NCBI GenBank assembly: GCA_002328625.1
Contig: DCVC01000260.1
Span: 1-53,489 of the forward strand
DNA length: 53,489 nucleotides
Reading direction: 5' to 3'
From: Bacteroidales bacterium UBA2198
GTDB taxonomy: Bacteria; Bacteroidota; Bacteroidia; Bacteroidales; VadinHA17
Made by a program: the position numbers and the translations under genes. Under the pieces are notes generated by a model. It was not told where the DNA came from. It saw only the letters and a list, made by a program, of their open reading frames with translations, and did no database searches. Shown here in pieces: positions 43,345 through 53,358 of the stretch; position 1 is the stretch's first letter, and each line of letters starts with the position of its first letter.

Positions 43345-43797
43345 TTAGCAACGGTGAAGTTCCATCGTGCGGGAAATAACCAGAGGAATAGTGACCATGA
43401 TGCCCAAAATGACAGGGAGACCCCACATAGCGTGCAACCAGTGAAACTCCTGAAGAATGATGATTTCAACAGTGAACCAGATAAGCAGCCCACCAAGTGC
43501 CAGGCTGGAAAAGATCCATCCATTGCGATTCTTTAATAAGACTGTGATAAATGCAGCAGCATTTAGAACTCCTAACCCTATCAGCATAAAGCCGGGCATT
43601 AAAAAATCCTTAAAGAATCCATGCATGATTTCGACAGGCATATCCATCAATCTTCCGTCCGGAGCCAGGGCAAGAAGAAAGCCACCAGACAATGCCCCGG
43701 CAGTCTCATACCCTAAAACGCTTAGAAGAATAATGAGCTGCCATTTAGGTTGGTCAGCAAGATTTTTGTAGACCGTATCAGATTTACTTTTTTCCAT
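43345..43797 (-). CDS. Hypothetical integral membrane protein (about 4 TM helices)
   Basis: 150 aa with four hydrophobic segments (LIILLSVLGYETAGALSGGFLLAL; PGFMLIGLGVLNAAAFITVLL; IFSSLALGGLLIWFTVEIIIL; MWGLPVILGIMVTIPLVI). Confidence 0.6.
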   Translation of the reverse strand: MEKSKSDTVYKNLADQPKWQLIILLSVLGYETAGALSGGFLLALAPDGRLMDMPVEIMHGFFKDFLMPGFMLIGLGVLNAAAFITVLLKNRNGWIFSSLALGGLLIWFTVEIIILQEFHWLHAMWGLPVILGIMVTIPLVISRTMELHRC

Positions 43798-43891
43798 AAT
43801 TGCAAGAATTTTAGTTATAAAATAAGGTAAAATGATTCTAAAATAACTTATCTCAAATTTGATTCATTTCATCCAAAGGCTTCTTGTGACA

Positions 43892-44656
43892 TTAGCTTCT
43901 TATAATTTGAAGCGCAAGTTTATCGAATATTTTGCCGGACAGTTTCTTGAATGGATTCAGTTTCACCGGATAGAAATAATCTGACTCAAACCAGCCTTTA
44001 TCTCTGTAATATGTGTAATCGCGCCAGTTTTCATCAAGCATTTTACGCATGCTGGTACGTCCCATCCTGAATACCATCAGCCACCATAAAGAAGGAGAAG
44101 GATATTCATGTTTCACCAATTGTGCATAGAATTTTTTGCTTTGAAAGTCAATGATCCTGTCAAATTTCTGCTGAGATTTTTCAGTCATTGGTTCAAGTGT
44201 TTTTAAGCAGCATCCTTTAACCACATTAAATCCCAGTCCTTTACCCACGAAGTCAAGGTATTTTACTATATCTTCTCCTTTCCCGATTCCCTGAACAACA
44301 ATACTGGTAAAGGTTTTCCCGAAAAAACCGGGGCGATGAAAGCCAAATCCAATCCGATCAAGGAAGACTTTCATTAATCCTGATACCTGGAAGGAGTAAT
44401 TGGGCGAAGCAAATATCACCCCATCTGAATCATTCATCTTCCCTAGGAGCTTATCCCTGTCATCCTTATACGGGCAATACTCTTCCCCTTTGTCAAAGCA
44501 GATCCTGCACCCTTTACAGGTTCCAAGATTGTAATCACTTAACCTTACTAATTCATACTCTACATTACCAAGAGTATGCAGATTTTGAAGGAATTTTTCA
44601 CAGGCATTGTAAGAATGTCTTTTTCTTCCGCTGCCAATAAATGCTGTAACTTTCAT
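43892..44656 (-). CDS. Flavodoxin-like fold NAD(P)H-dependent FMN reductase / iron-sulfur flavoprotein-like
   Basis: The N-terminus is MKVTAFIGSGRK. It has a Cys cluster (CKGCRICFDKGEEYC) and DGVIFASPNY, typical of Isf/flavodoxin-family reductases. Confidence 0.7.
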   Translation of the reverse strand: MKVTAFIGSGRKRHSYNACEKFLQNLHTLGNVEYELVRLSDYNLGTCKGCRICFDKGEEYCPYKDDRDKLLGKMNDSDGVIFASPNYSFQVSGLMKVFLDRIGFGFHRPGFFGKTFTSIVVQGIGKGEDIVKYLDFVGKGLGFNVVKGCCLKTLEPMTEKSQQKFDRIIDFQSKKFYAQLVKHEYPSPSLWWLMVFRMGRTSMRKMLDENWRDYTYYRDKGWFESDYFYPVKLNPFKKLSGKIFDKLALQIIRS

Positions 44657-44721
44657 TTTATTATCTTTTTAAGTTTATCTTCAATTAAGCAAAATACATT
44701 TAAAAAATTTCCAGATTAATC

Positions 44722-45417
44722 TTAGCCAGGAGTTGCTGACTTAATTGAATCTTCCCTCTTTTCTTTCTTCAGGAGGGTAATGGCCAGTACCACGATCCAT
44801 AACAAGTAACCAAAGATGTTGACACGCTCCCAAACTCCCAACAAAGGTGTAGGCTGGTTTGCCGCAAGCTGGGGAGCGGCCAGAAAGGACACGATACCAA
44901 ACACAATAAAGATCAGCATAGTACCGATAGAATAGAGGCGAAACTGCTTCCCGAATGCCGTTGCCGCTAATCCTATTGCTGGAAACATGCAAAGAAAAAC
45001 ACCCACACCAGTTAAAAGTGCGTGCATTGTATCCGTAAGCGTTGTCTCTTGTCCACGCATGTGCATCGGGGTAAATAGTGTTGCCGCTAAGCCGAGTACT
45101 TCCTTTGCGACAATAAAGCATGCTCCAATACGCAGGACGCGCTTATGATCAGATGATCTCCAGACACCCAATCCGAATGCGAACATCAATATACTATAAA
45201 CGAGGAAAAGCGGTACGACGAGTGGTGCTGATGGGGCATTTATAGCTATCAGTTCGCTGACTGTCTGATAGGTAGAGCTATAACCATCCCATCGCATCGC
45301 CCCAAGGATGGTAGCGGTAATATATAGAAGAGATGCGAGAATACCGCAAATGAGCAATATCTTTTTCAAAGAGACTTTTCCTGAAAATCCGGTTGAATCT
45401 GAAATTATAGTGTTCAT
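44722..45417 (-). CDS. Integral membrane protein (DUF998-like, 6 TM)
   Basis: 231 aa with six hydrophobic helices. The DUF998 call is from general resemblance only. Confidence 0.55.
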   Translation of the reverse strand: MNTIISDSTGFSGKVSLKKILLICGILASLLYITATILGAMRWDGYSSTYQTVSELIAINAPSAPLVVPLFLVYSILMFAFGLGVWRSSDHKRVLRIGACFIVAKEVLGLAATLFTPMHMRGQETTLTDTMHALLTGVGVFLCMFPAIGLAATAFGKQFRLYSIGTMLIFIVFGIVSFLAAPQLAANQPTPLLGVWERVNIFGYLLWIVVLAITLLKKEKREDSIKSATPG

Positions 45418-45449
45418 TTCTGTTTCCTTTTATAAGTGAATGATTAATA

Positions 45450-47692
45450 TTAGAATGTATGTCCTGCATGAAAGAAAACCATCATCCCCTCGTTAGAGAA
45501 TCCAAAGTCCATACCAAGAATTGAATTTTCATTTGAGCCAAAACTAAACCTTGGTCCGAAACCAAAGTTATGATGAAAACCATTAATTTTGAAATCATTG
45601 GCATTTTTTTGAACCTGCCCTATATCATAAAATGCTGTTCCACTTATTATTTTCCAGATTGGGAAACGATATTCTGCCTGCCCATAGATGCCTGTTCTAT
45701 CAATAAATCGGGATGTATAATAGCCCCTCCCTAAAATACTGCCTCCAAAATCAGGTAAATAGTAATACGGAACATCACCAAATGCCTACGATAAAGAAGC
45801 CTTGCACAAAAAATATTCCTGGGGACAATAGATATATAACCTCTGACATCAAAAGTCAATTTCCAGAACTGGTTTGTACTTCCCAGAAATTCTGGTGAAA
45901 ATTCTGGTGTTAAAGATATCATTGTACCTTTCCAGGGATTATTCTGATGGTCACGTGAATCATAGATAAAAGATAAACCAAGGATTGTTTGATTGCCTCC
46001 ATTTACACCATTTATTGTTGATGGAATATCATCCTCCTCTGTTTTGGTTTTAAACTGATCTAACGTAAAAGTGTAAGCTAGTTTCCAATACTTGTTCGAT
46101 TTTGTAGTAGCTGAAATATTTTCTTTAAAATTAACAGACCCATATTCTATCTTACTTTCAGGTAAAGTATTGTTCCCGGTACCATAGTATAACCTGTTTA
46201 GATTATCAAAATGAAAGGCCGCCTTTAAAGAAGTCTTTTTAATAGGACTTGGTAAGAAAAACTGGAGATTTATCGACCACATGTTCCTTGTACTCCACGC
46301 TGCATCACTGTAGAGACTTATTCCGGAATGGAGCAGATCAAAATTTGTATAGCTGATGCCAATATTAACTTCAGAAACAGCATCATAGAAACCGTAAGGA
46401 AAAACCATTGAAGTCTTTGTTTTGAAATAAGGAGAATACTCCTTAACCAACATTCTTTTTTCGATGATCATATCACCATTCAACATGGTACCCGATATCC
46501 GCGATGATGTTAATCTGCCAGTATCAATTTGTCCTTCATAAAAAACCAGATTGGCCCGATGCCCTTTTCTGATGAAACCGATTTCATTTTCTTTGCCTAT
46601 CTTTTCTGCTGCATAATGTGTTGCACCTCTTAATACTTCGATCCTGCTGACACCATTATCTTCCAACAGATTCATTTCCTCAAAAATATCATCGCCGCAT
46701 TTTTCACCATATGATGACGGGTAGTCGGTTCCAACTGCAATTGGAACATTAAGATCAGCTGCCCGCCGAATTGTTTTTTGCATAAATGGCACTGCTGATG
46801 GAGCATAATGGAGATAAGCACTTAAAGTAGGTGTAAAAGAAATATTTTTGTCCATAAGCTCCATGAATACACTATCTGAGCTTGTCGCAAATCCATGTTC
46901 TATTCCATCCACATTTATCCTGATCATTTCCCTCGCTTCATTTTCGGAACCTACGTGTGCAATTACTTTAAGACCAAGTTTATGAGATTCCTCCACTATT
47001 GTTTCTGCAACCTCAAGACTCAAACGCGGGACACCATCTTTTAGATACCACATCTGATCATAAACAATTTTGATAAAATAAACTTTTTTGCTTGCAAGTA
47101 ATCCTATTTCTTTTTTTGCTTTAGCTACATCATTGACCTGAAAAGTTCCATTAGTTATCAGGTCATGCTGTCCGGTATAGAAAGTACCTGCCGGATGTCC
47201 TTTGGGTGCAGTTATCAATGGCCCGGGATAATAAAGTTCAGGACCAATGATTTTCCCATTAGCCATAGCCTCATCAATTTGCTGGTAGCTTTTTAAAGGT
47301 GCACCCATATCAATTATTGACGTAATACCATTTAAAAGCAGATGTAAACGATGTTCCGGGAAGAGTGATATCCCTTCACTGGCCAGCTTTCCCCAGCTGT
47401 GCTTTTCGATTTCAGCTATGTAAGGCATTGGCGCTCCCATAAAGTGAATATGGCTGTCAATTAATCCGGGGAGTACTGTACAATCAGAGGCATCAATTAT
47501 TCTGGAACTATCAGAAATCGCACTGGTGCTTTCATATATTCCTTCAATCAATCCGTTACTGATAACAATAACTCTGTCGTTAAGTATTTGATTGCCATCA
47601 AAGATTTTACCTGCCCTGATATAACACGTCTGGCTGAATGATTGCAGAATATTGAGGATAAGTATTAATATACAGGATACTCTGATCTTCAT
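45450..47692 (-). pseudogene. Amidohydrolase domain fused to an Omp85/BamA-type (bacterial surface antigen) beta-barrel, interrupted by a 1-nt frameshift near 45785-45790
   Basis: The track ORF 45731..47692 has a signal peptide, then an amidohydrolase domain (PGLIDSHIHFMG..., IAHVGSE, VGTDYP), then beta-barrel strands (LGLSFIYDSRDHQNNPWKG...FWKLTFDVRGYISI...ARLLYRR), and then runs into nonsense (HLVMFRITIYLILEAVF*). Shifting one frame at about 45787 continues the sequence with AFGDVPYYYLPDFGGSILGRGYYTSRFIDRTGIYGQAEYRFPIWKIISGTAFYDIGQV...GFGPRFSF...LGMDFGFSNEGMMVFFHAGHTF*. This is the canonical Omp85 C-terminal motif set, ending in Phe, with the stop at 45450-45452. Confidence 0.75.
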
Positions 47693-47726
47693 GTTACTTA
47701 TTATTTATTTCTTTTAATAATATCTA

Positions 47727-48059
47727 TTAATCAACAATAAATAAGACTGCCCCTGTTTTAGTAAAGGATCGATGCGGATTCTGACTATTATCGCTCATGC
47801 ACCAGGTCATTCCTCTTTTTAAAACTATCAGTACCCCATCTTTTAATTCAAAGACCATTTCTCCTTCAAGCAGATGAATAACATGACCTCTGCAGCACCA
47901 GTGATCTGCTTTGTAGCCAGGGGAATACTCCACTATTCTCAAACGGACATTACCGAGCTCTACGGTTCTCTGATAAGTATTACCAGTTTCTCCCGAATTC
48001 TTGGTAATTGGAATATCGTCCCAGTTAATGCTAGTGTTTAAAACATCTGTTATCTGCAT
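47727..48059 (-). CDS. Small cupin-fold protein (DHCW-motif cupin-like)
   Basis: 110 aa. GYKADHWCCRGHVIHLLEGEMVFELKDG is a cupin beta-barrel core containing the D-H-W-C signature. Confidence 0.65.
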   Translation of the reverse strand: MQITDVLNTSINWDDIPITKNSGETGNTYQRTVELGNVRLRIVEYSPGYKADHWCCRGHVIHLLEGEMVFELKDGVLIVLKRGMTWCMSDNSQNPHRSFTKTGAVLFIVD

Positions 48060-48232
48060 ATATCGAGTTTTACTTATAAATTCTTAAGCAAAGTAAAAGC
48101 AGGGGCAGATATTAGCCTATCTGAATCATGAATCAGTTAGACAGGATTATAAAGATGTCAGATGGAATTATAATTCAGGGATATGAATAATACAAAAGAT
48201 GGGGATCTCCGTTTAATACAAGGCAATGGAGA

Positions 48233-49336
48233 TTATTTATCTTTTAAACGAAACTGTGATGGAGTAACTCCTGTAAATTTCTTAAACGCAACATTAAATG
48301 CCGAAAGAGTATTAAATCCGCTGTCATAAGCAATACTTGCAATTGTGAAGTTTTTCCTTTCAGGATCTGCCAGCATTTTTTTTGCCTCTTCCACCCGGTA
48401 TGAATTTATAAAATCATTGAAATTACTGGAAAGTTGTTCATTTATTACCTGAGATAGAGCATGGGGTGTTATAGAAAGACACTTTGCAAGCTTCCCGAGT
48501 GTAATACTATGATCTTTATGTAATTCATTCCTGCTCATATAATCAAGAAGAGCGGATTTATACCTGATGGCGTCTTCAATTGTCAGTCCTGAGGATTTGT
48601 ACCTGGTGATAAAGTTATTTATTGAAGTTATTTTTTGTCCCCTTAACTCATTATAAAGGATCCAATAACTAAAGAGTGAGTAATAAAAGGCTTCAATTAT
48701 TCCCGTCCGCAAGTAAACACGAAAGTATGTTTGCATGCAATAGAGAACATAAATAACCCATAGTATTGAGATAATAATGACAATATTTCTTATCTGGTAA
48801 GGATTTGTATTTTCTTTTGGAAATTTTTCAATTATACCTCTCTTTAGCAATTTCCGGGAAAAACCGAATGAAATGATAATGTAGATCAGAAACTGTATCA
48901 AAATAACCGAAATTTCGATACAATAAGTAATATAAAATTTACGATTATCAGGCGAAAGGGGAAAATTATCCCGGTTTAACAGGTCAATGATTAAAACCAA
49001 TAAAAATGGCACCAGATGAAGTAGCTGCTTTATCCTGAATTGAAAATCCTTAATTGATATTGATTTAATATAGAGATACAGGAAAGGGCCTATTAACGGA
49101 AATGTCGGAATGAAGAAGAAAAGAGTTTTGAGATTTATGCTAAGGTCAAAATCATCCTGTAAATCGTGCAGCAACATTTGGGTAATACGATATGCAGTGA
49201 TAAGTAAAAAAAGTGATAATAAAATACTCGGATATATATTTCTGTCGGGTCTGAACCATAAATAACCTGCAAAAAATAAAGCATTTATTGCGGCCAGACT
49301 GCAAAAACCAATAAATAACAATTCACCAATTTCCAT
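48233..49336 (-). CDS. Membrane-anchored AraC-family transcriptional regulator
   Basis: 367 aa. The N-terminal roughly 230 aa are multi-pass membrane. The C-terminal part is an AraC HTH (LGKLAKCLSITPHALSQVINE...IASIAYDSGFNTLSAFNVAFKKFTGVTPSQF). Confidence 0.85.
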   Translation of the reverse strand: MEIGELLFIGFCSLAAINALFFAGYLWFRPDRNIYPSILLSLFLLITAYRITQMLLHDLQDDFDLSINLKTLFFFIPTFPLIGPFLYLYIKSISIKDFQFRIKQLLHLVPFLLVLIIDLLNRDNFPLSPDNRKFYITYCIEISVILIQFLIYIIISFGFSRKLLKRGIIEKFPKENTNPYQIRNIVIIISILWVIYVLYCMQTYFRVYLRTGIIEAFYYSLFSYWILYNELRGQKITSINNFITRYKSSGLTIEDAIRYKSALLDYMSRNELHKDHSITLGKLAKCLSITPHALSQVINEQLSSNFNDFINSYRVEEAKKMLADPERKNFTIASIAYDSGFNTLSAFNVAFKKFTGVTPSQFRLKDK

Positions 49337-49431
49337 AATGAATAATTAGACTTTTTATTTTAGTATCAAATTTACACCCCAAAGTCATATTATAAAAAAA
49401 TTACTGAATGAAATGTACTTTTATGTGTTTG

Positions 49432-50139
49432 TCATGAAATCTTTTTGATCCACTTATTGTAATCTTTTTGTACGAGTGGTCGTGAATTTGCTGATCCGTG
49501 AGCAGGAATAAATACCAGGCAGTTTGTCTTCAGTAACTTCCCCCAACTGTCAATCATCTGGGTAATATTATTTGCATAAGGGGGAAAGACAGACCATTTA
49601 AATACACCAAACATTGTGTCTCCGACTATTGCAATATTATCGTCAATTATAATACTCATCGAACCAATTGTATGTCCTGGTGTATGCATTATATATGCAT
49701 TAAATCCAATATTGCTCAGATCAAAAACAGAATCAACGAGGTAATCATATTGACAGGGCTCATACCTGAATTTAGACATAAATTGTTTTGCAAACAGTCT
49801 GATAATTAATTTAGTAATCGCGTTTGTGCCATTTGGCAAAATATTCTCTCCTGATGTCAGGTAGGATGCCTCATCCTTATGTACTATAATCTTAGAACTG
49901 TATTTTTCTCTTATCTTTTTTGAATTTTCAGTATGGTCGTAATGAGTATGCGTCAAGATCAGATAATCAATTTGATTCACTTCCAGGAGCTTCAACCTTT
50001 TTACAAGTTTTTTCCATATAAATTTCGGACTTGTATCTATCAGAATATTTTTTTCACCGTTTGTTAGGAGAAAAACATTGCTTCGTCCTGATAGTATCCG
50101 GATTACTGTGTATCCGCCAGGTGTTTTCCAGGTTTTCAT
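49432..50139 (-). CDS. MBL-fold metallo-hydrolase
   Basis: The H-x-H-x-D-H motif is present (LILTHTHYDHTEN), with downstream His/Asp ligands (MHTPGHTIGS, VGDTMF, PAHG). I set the start at ATG 50139 (MKTWKTPGG), because the track start at 50160 is TTG. Confidence 0.85.
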   Translation of the reverse strand: MKTWKTPGGYTVIRILSGRSNVFLLTNGEKNILIDTSPKFIWKKLVKRLKLLEVNQIDYLILTHTHYDHTENSKKIREKYSSKIIVHKDEASYLTSGENILPNGTNAITKLIIRLFAKQFMSKFRYEPCQYDYLVDSVFDLSNIGFNAYIMHTPGHTIGSMSIIIDDNIAIVGDTMFGVFKWSVFPPYANNITQMIDSWGKLLKTNCLVFIPAHGSANSRPLVQKDYNKWIKKIS

Positions 50140-50197
50140 AATATAAAAGCCAGCCGGCAACTTAAATTGTCCATATTCCCATTGAAATTTACAAATC

Positions 50198-51325
50198 TTA
50201 TTTATCAGCCAGAGCTGTTGATTTGTTTAGTACATCCTTATTTAAAATTTCTTTTAGTCTCTGAGGTTCTTCATACATTGGACTATGAGCTGATTCGTTA
50301 AAAGTGTAAAATCCTTTAACAGGAGCTTCAATTTTTTCCAGGTATTCTTTTGACAGGTCCTTATTAACAGTTAGATCATATCTTCCACTGAAGAAATATA
50401 CCGGAATTTCAAGCCTGGGTACATTAATTGGTATGTCAATGTTGATGATTTGATATCTCAGCCCTGACTTGGGGATAAATGAGAATTTTGAAATCCATAT
50501 GCTAAATTTCTCTTTGACAGTATAAGCTCTGCATGTCCAGACAGGCAGAAAAACATCTTTAATTATTGATCTCATGTTATGCATAGTACCTATGCCAAGA
50601 TCGTGCTGTGCCTTATCTCTTAAGACGGAATTTAAAAAAGGTAGTATAAGTGAGTCATTCTCCAGTATCGGATATTTTTTAAGATTGGCAACCATTTTTA
50701 AATTACCATTGGCCAGGTACTGGTTCATCATATATTTGTAACCCAGTTTTTCTGATTCCGCCTGACGGGTGATCTGTGCAATTCCTATATATGCATGAAA
50801 TAATTGCGGATAACTCGCAACTGCCTGTATTGCAAAAGCTGTCCCGCCGGAGTGAGCCATAATATAAATCTTTTCTTTGTTAAAGCGGTAGCACAGGTAA
50901 TTCGTTACCTCGATTGCATCTGAAGCTAGTTGTTCCAGAGTCATGCTCTCCAGAGTAACTTCGGGTGTATATGAAATCCCACCACCTCGTTGTTCCCAGT
51001 AACAGACTGTAAAATGATCTTCCAATCCGACAGGATATTTGTCAACCAGAAAATACTCGGGAAAAGAGGGTCCTCCATGCACAAAAAGCAAGGTTGGATT
51101 CTTTAAATCCTTTCCTCTGATAAACATCCCTTGTTCTACCCCGCCAATTTTTATAAATACTTTTTCAGAAATACTTCCTGCCAGGAGCCGACCATTTTGA
51201 TCTACAAAGGGTTTTAATCTGCCGGGACTAATAATAAATAATGTGGTTAAAAAAGTAATCAGGCACAATAAGATAACATAAAGCAGCAGTAACATAATTG
51301 ATCTTTTTTTTTGAAATCTGGTCAT
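50198..51325 (-). CDS. Alpha/beta hydrolase (proline-iminopeptidase-like), membrane-anchored
   Basis: It has an N-terminal TM anchor, the oxyanion motif LFVHGGPS, the nucleophile elbow MAHSGGT and a C-terminal His (SAHSPMYEEP). Confidence 0.8.
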   Translation of the reverse strand: MTRFQKKRSIMLLLLYVILLCLITFLTTLFIISPGRLKPFVDQNGRLLAGSISEKVFIKIGGVEQGMFIRGKDLKNPTLLFVHGGPSFPEYFLVDKYPVGLEDHFTVCYWEQRGGGISYTPEVTLESMTLEQLASDAIEVTNYLCYRFNKEKIYIMAHSGGTAFAIQAVASYPQLFHAYIGIAQITRQAESEKLGYKYMMNQYLANGNLKMVANLKKYPILENDSLILPFLNSVLRDKAQHDLGIGTMHNMRSIIKDVFLPVWTCRAYTVKEKFSIWISKFSFIPKSGLRYQIINIDIPINVPRLEIPVYFFSGRYDLTVNKDLSKEYLEKIEAPVKGFYTFNESAHSPMYEEPQRLKEILNKDVLNKSTALADK

Positions 51326-51421
51326 ATATACTTTCTTTTCAGAAGAAGATGAAGTTAGATGATATTTTTTGAAAAAGCTAGTCTAAAAGGGATAGATTAC
51401 CTGGCGGTATTCATATACCTG

Positions 51422-52252
51422 CTAACCATCTTTTAATTGTACCCAGTTTTCGAATGTTGTAGTTGGTTTACCAAGTAGCGCGTTTGTTTCGTCAGGATTA
51501 CCCAACTCATTAACTTTTTCAAAATAGGCAAATAATGAAGCAACTCCCTTTAATTGCTTGTTACCTGTAAGCAGTCCTATCATTTTCATCATCCATATTG
51601 GGACAGACGACACCGTTTTAATTTCGGGATAACGGAGTTTGCAATACTTCTCCAATAGATCCTTCATTAAATGTTGTTCTGGTCCAAAGATGAAGAAAAT
51701 TTTGCTTTTTGTTTCGGGCTTCCCATAAGCTGTAGCCACCATCCTGGCCAAATCGTCGGCAACAACCCAGTGGGATGGATTTGGCTGCTTACCCAACAGC
51801 ATAGCTTTCCCGTCTCTTATCATCAGGTCAAGCGATTCAAAAAACCAGGTCGGACGAAAAATCATGTAAGGGATACCGCTGTTAATAATGGTCTGTTCTG
51901 CCTGATATTTGTTTTCTATCATTGGAAATCAGCGATTCTCTTCTGACACAGTGCAACCTGAAATAGTACTTATCAGTTGTATTCCTTTTTGCTGGGCAGA
52001 ATCTGTAACTATTTTTGCTGCCAATGCTTCATTTGCAGTAGAAATGGAAAGATGAATTGCATCGCATCCGGTCATTGCCTTGTTCAAATCATTAAGGTTA
52101 AATACATCGCCCTGAATCATCTCGAATTCTTTATCAAACATCGATTGGTTTACACTTCTTGAAAACAAGCGGAGTTGAAACCCTGCTTTATCCATGTGTC
52201 TGATTACCGGCTATGCCAGCAATCCACTAGCACCAATTACAAGAATCTTCAT
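51422..52252 (-). pseudogene. NmrA-like / NAD(P)H-binding SDR-family oxidoreductase with two in-frame stop codons
   Basis: A single reading frame gives MKILVIGASGLLA-TAG(52211-52213)-PVIRHMDKAGFQLRLFSR...ISGCTVSEENR-TGA(51929-51931)-FPMIENKYQAEQTIINSGIPYMIFRPTWFFESL... The Rossmann motif G-x-x-G-x-x-G (here VIGASG) and the ...K..aE..i..sgi.ytI.RP..F motif are both present. There is no frameshift, only two nonsense codons. Confidence 0.8.
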
Positions 52253-52297
52253 GATAATATTTTCTAAGGATTAGACATAGCATAAACAGGTCATTTA

Positions 52298-52798
52298 TTA
52301 ATGTTTAATTCTCATTCGTGGAAAGAGATATAATGGAAACGGGAAGAGCTCAATAACAGATTTTTCATATACATCATATTCTTCTCCAAATATCTTTCTT
52401 AGCACACTCGTTTCCCCGTGAATGGAGATCTTAAATCCGATGTATAAAACCAGAGCTATTGAAAGTGTTAGTCCGGAATGAAAAATTATTGCCAAAGCAG
52501 GTATAATGAAAACAATTATAGAGGAATAAATAGGATTCCTGCAGAGAGCAAATGGTCCTTTAGTAATTAATGTACCGGGTTGGAAGTATTTCAAAAAATA
52601 TACAGCCGAGTATATCCAAAAGATTAATCCCAATCCTAACCATATTATTCCAAATACCTTAAAGAGAGGAAAATCAAGAAACCTCATATCAAAAAACTCC
52701 GGATACTTAATCATTATTATTAACGAAAGGATGATATATGGCAGACATAATAAAGCCAGTTTTAGGCCGCATCCAAAAAGAGTCATTGCGTTTTTCAT
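52298..52798 (-). CDS. Isoprenylcysteine carboxyl methyltransferase (ICMT)/phospholipid methyltransferase-family membrane protein
   Basis: 166 aa with 4-5 TM helices. It has the conserved GPFALCRNPIYSS block and a C-terminal ...E.....FGEEY..Y motif typical of the ICMT/PEMT family. Confidence 0.7.
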   Translation of the reverse strand: MKNAMTLFGCGLKLALLCLPYIILSLIIMIKYPEFFDMRFLDFPLFKVFGIIWLGLGLIFWIYSAVYFLKYFQPGTLITKGPFALCRNPIYSSIIVFIIPALAIIFHSGLTLSIALVLYIGFKISIHGETSVLRKIFGEEYDVYEKSVIELFPFPLYLFPRMRIKH

Positions 52799-52823
52799 TT
52801 TTCCTGTTATAGTTTAATTTACA

Positions 52824-53345
52824 TTATTTTCTTCTAACTACATAATATATTGATCTAAAGGGTGATGGATCCTTCTGGTATAAGTCTATCTCTTTCATTT
52901 CTGCTTTGAACATATCTATTATTTGTTCAGTATCCAAAGATTCAATTCCCTCTTCAAGTTGCTTGTAATAGTCATTCCACCAGACACTTTCATCAAGGAA
53001 CAAAGTGCCAGCCAGATCACAGTTATTTTCTCTTATGAAATCACATTTCATTTCATGGTCTTTATATTCATCATGAATAACAAAATACCCCCCTTCCTTT
53101 AACAGAGCCATCACCCCGACAAAACCTTCTTTGAATCCGACGATATTAAGAAAACCTTCTGCCAGAATGATTTCAAAGCTATGTGGCTCTGTTTTCAGGT
53201 CAAAGAATGAAATATTACTTGTGGTTATCTGATTTTCAAGTTTTTTGTCAATAATTTTCGCATGCAGGTATTCCAATGCATTTCCATCAGTGTCAATGGC
53301 AGTTATTATTCCGCCATAATTTATTCTCCTCCATTGCGTACCCAC
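52824..53345 (-). pseudogene. 5'-truncated class I SAM-methyltransferase, paralogous to 42368..43171
   Basis: It begins (GTG) at the post-I strand (GGIITAIDTD) and retains ILAEGFLNIVGF and LKEGGYFVIHDE, which align with [10 protein letters not shown] and [11 protein letters not shown] of the other methyltransferase. It lacks the G-x-G-x-G SAM-binding motif. Only 13 nt separate it from the upstream RND gene stop. Confidence 0.55.
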
Positions 53346-53358
53346 TCGAAGGTTAATT

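Noticed and set aside
43202-45469. Overlapping ORFs 43202..43426, 43332..43523, 43354..43536, 43457..43771, 44741..45121 and 45278..45469
   Set aside because: They overlap the better-supported membrane-protein genes (43345..43797 and 44722..45417) or the frame-corrected Omp85 tail (45450..45790), and they lack motifs.
51929-52213. In-frame TGA/TAG in the NmrA-like gene considered as stop-codon recoding (selenocysteine, pyrrolysine or an alternative genetic code)
   Set aside because: Neighbouring well-supported genes terminate normally on TGA (sulfatase, susD) and TAG (DUF5107 protein). The TGA position fits a simple TGG-to-TGA mutation, and I saw no SECIS-like context. Pseudogenisation is the simpler explanation.
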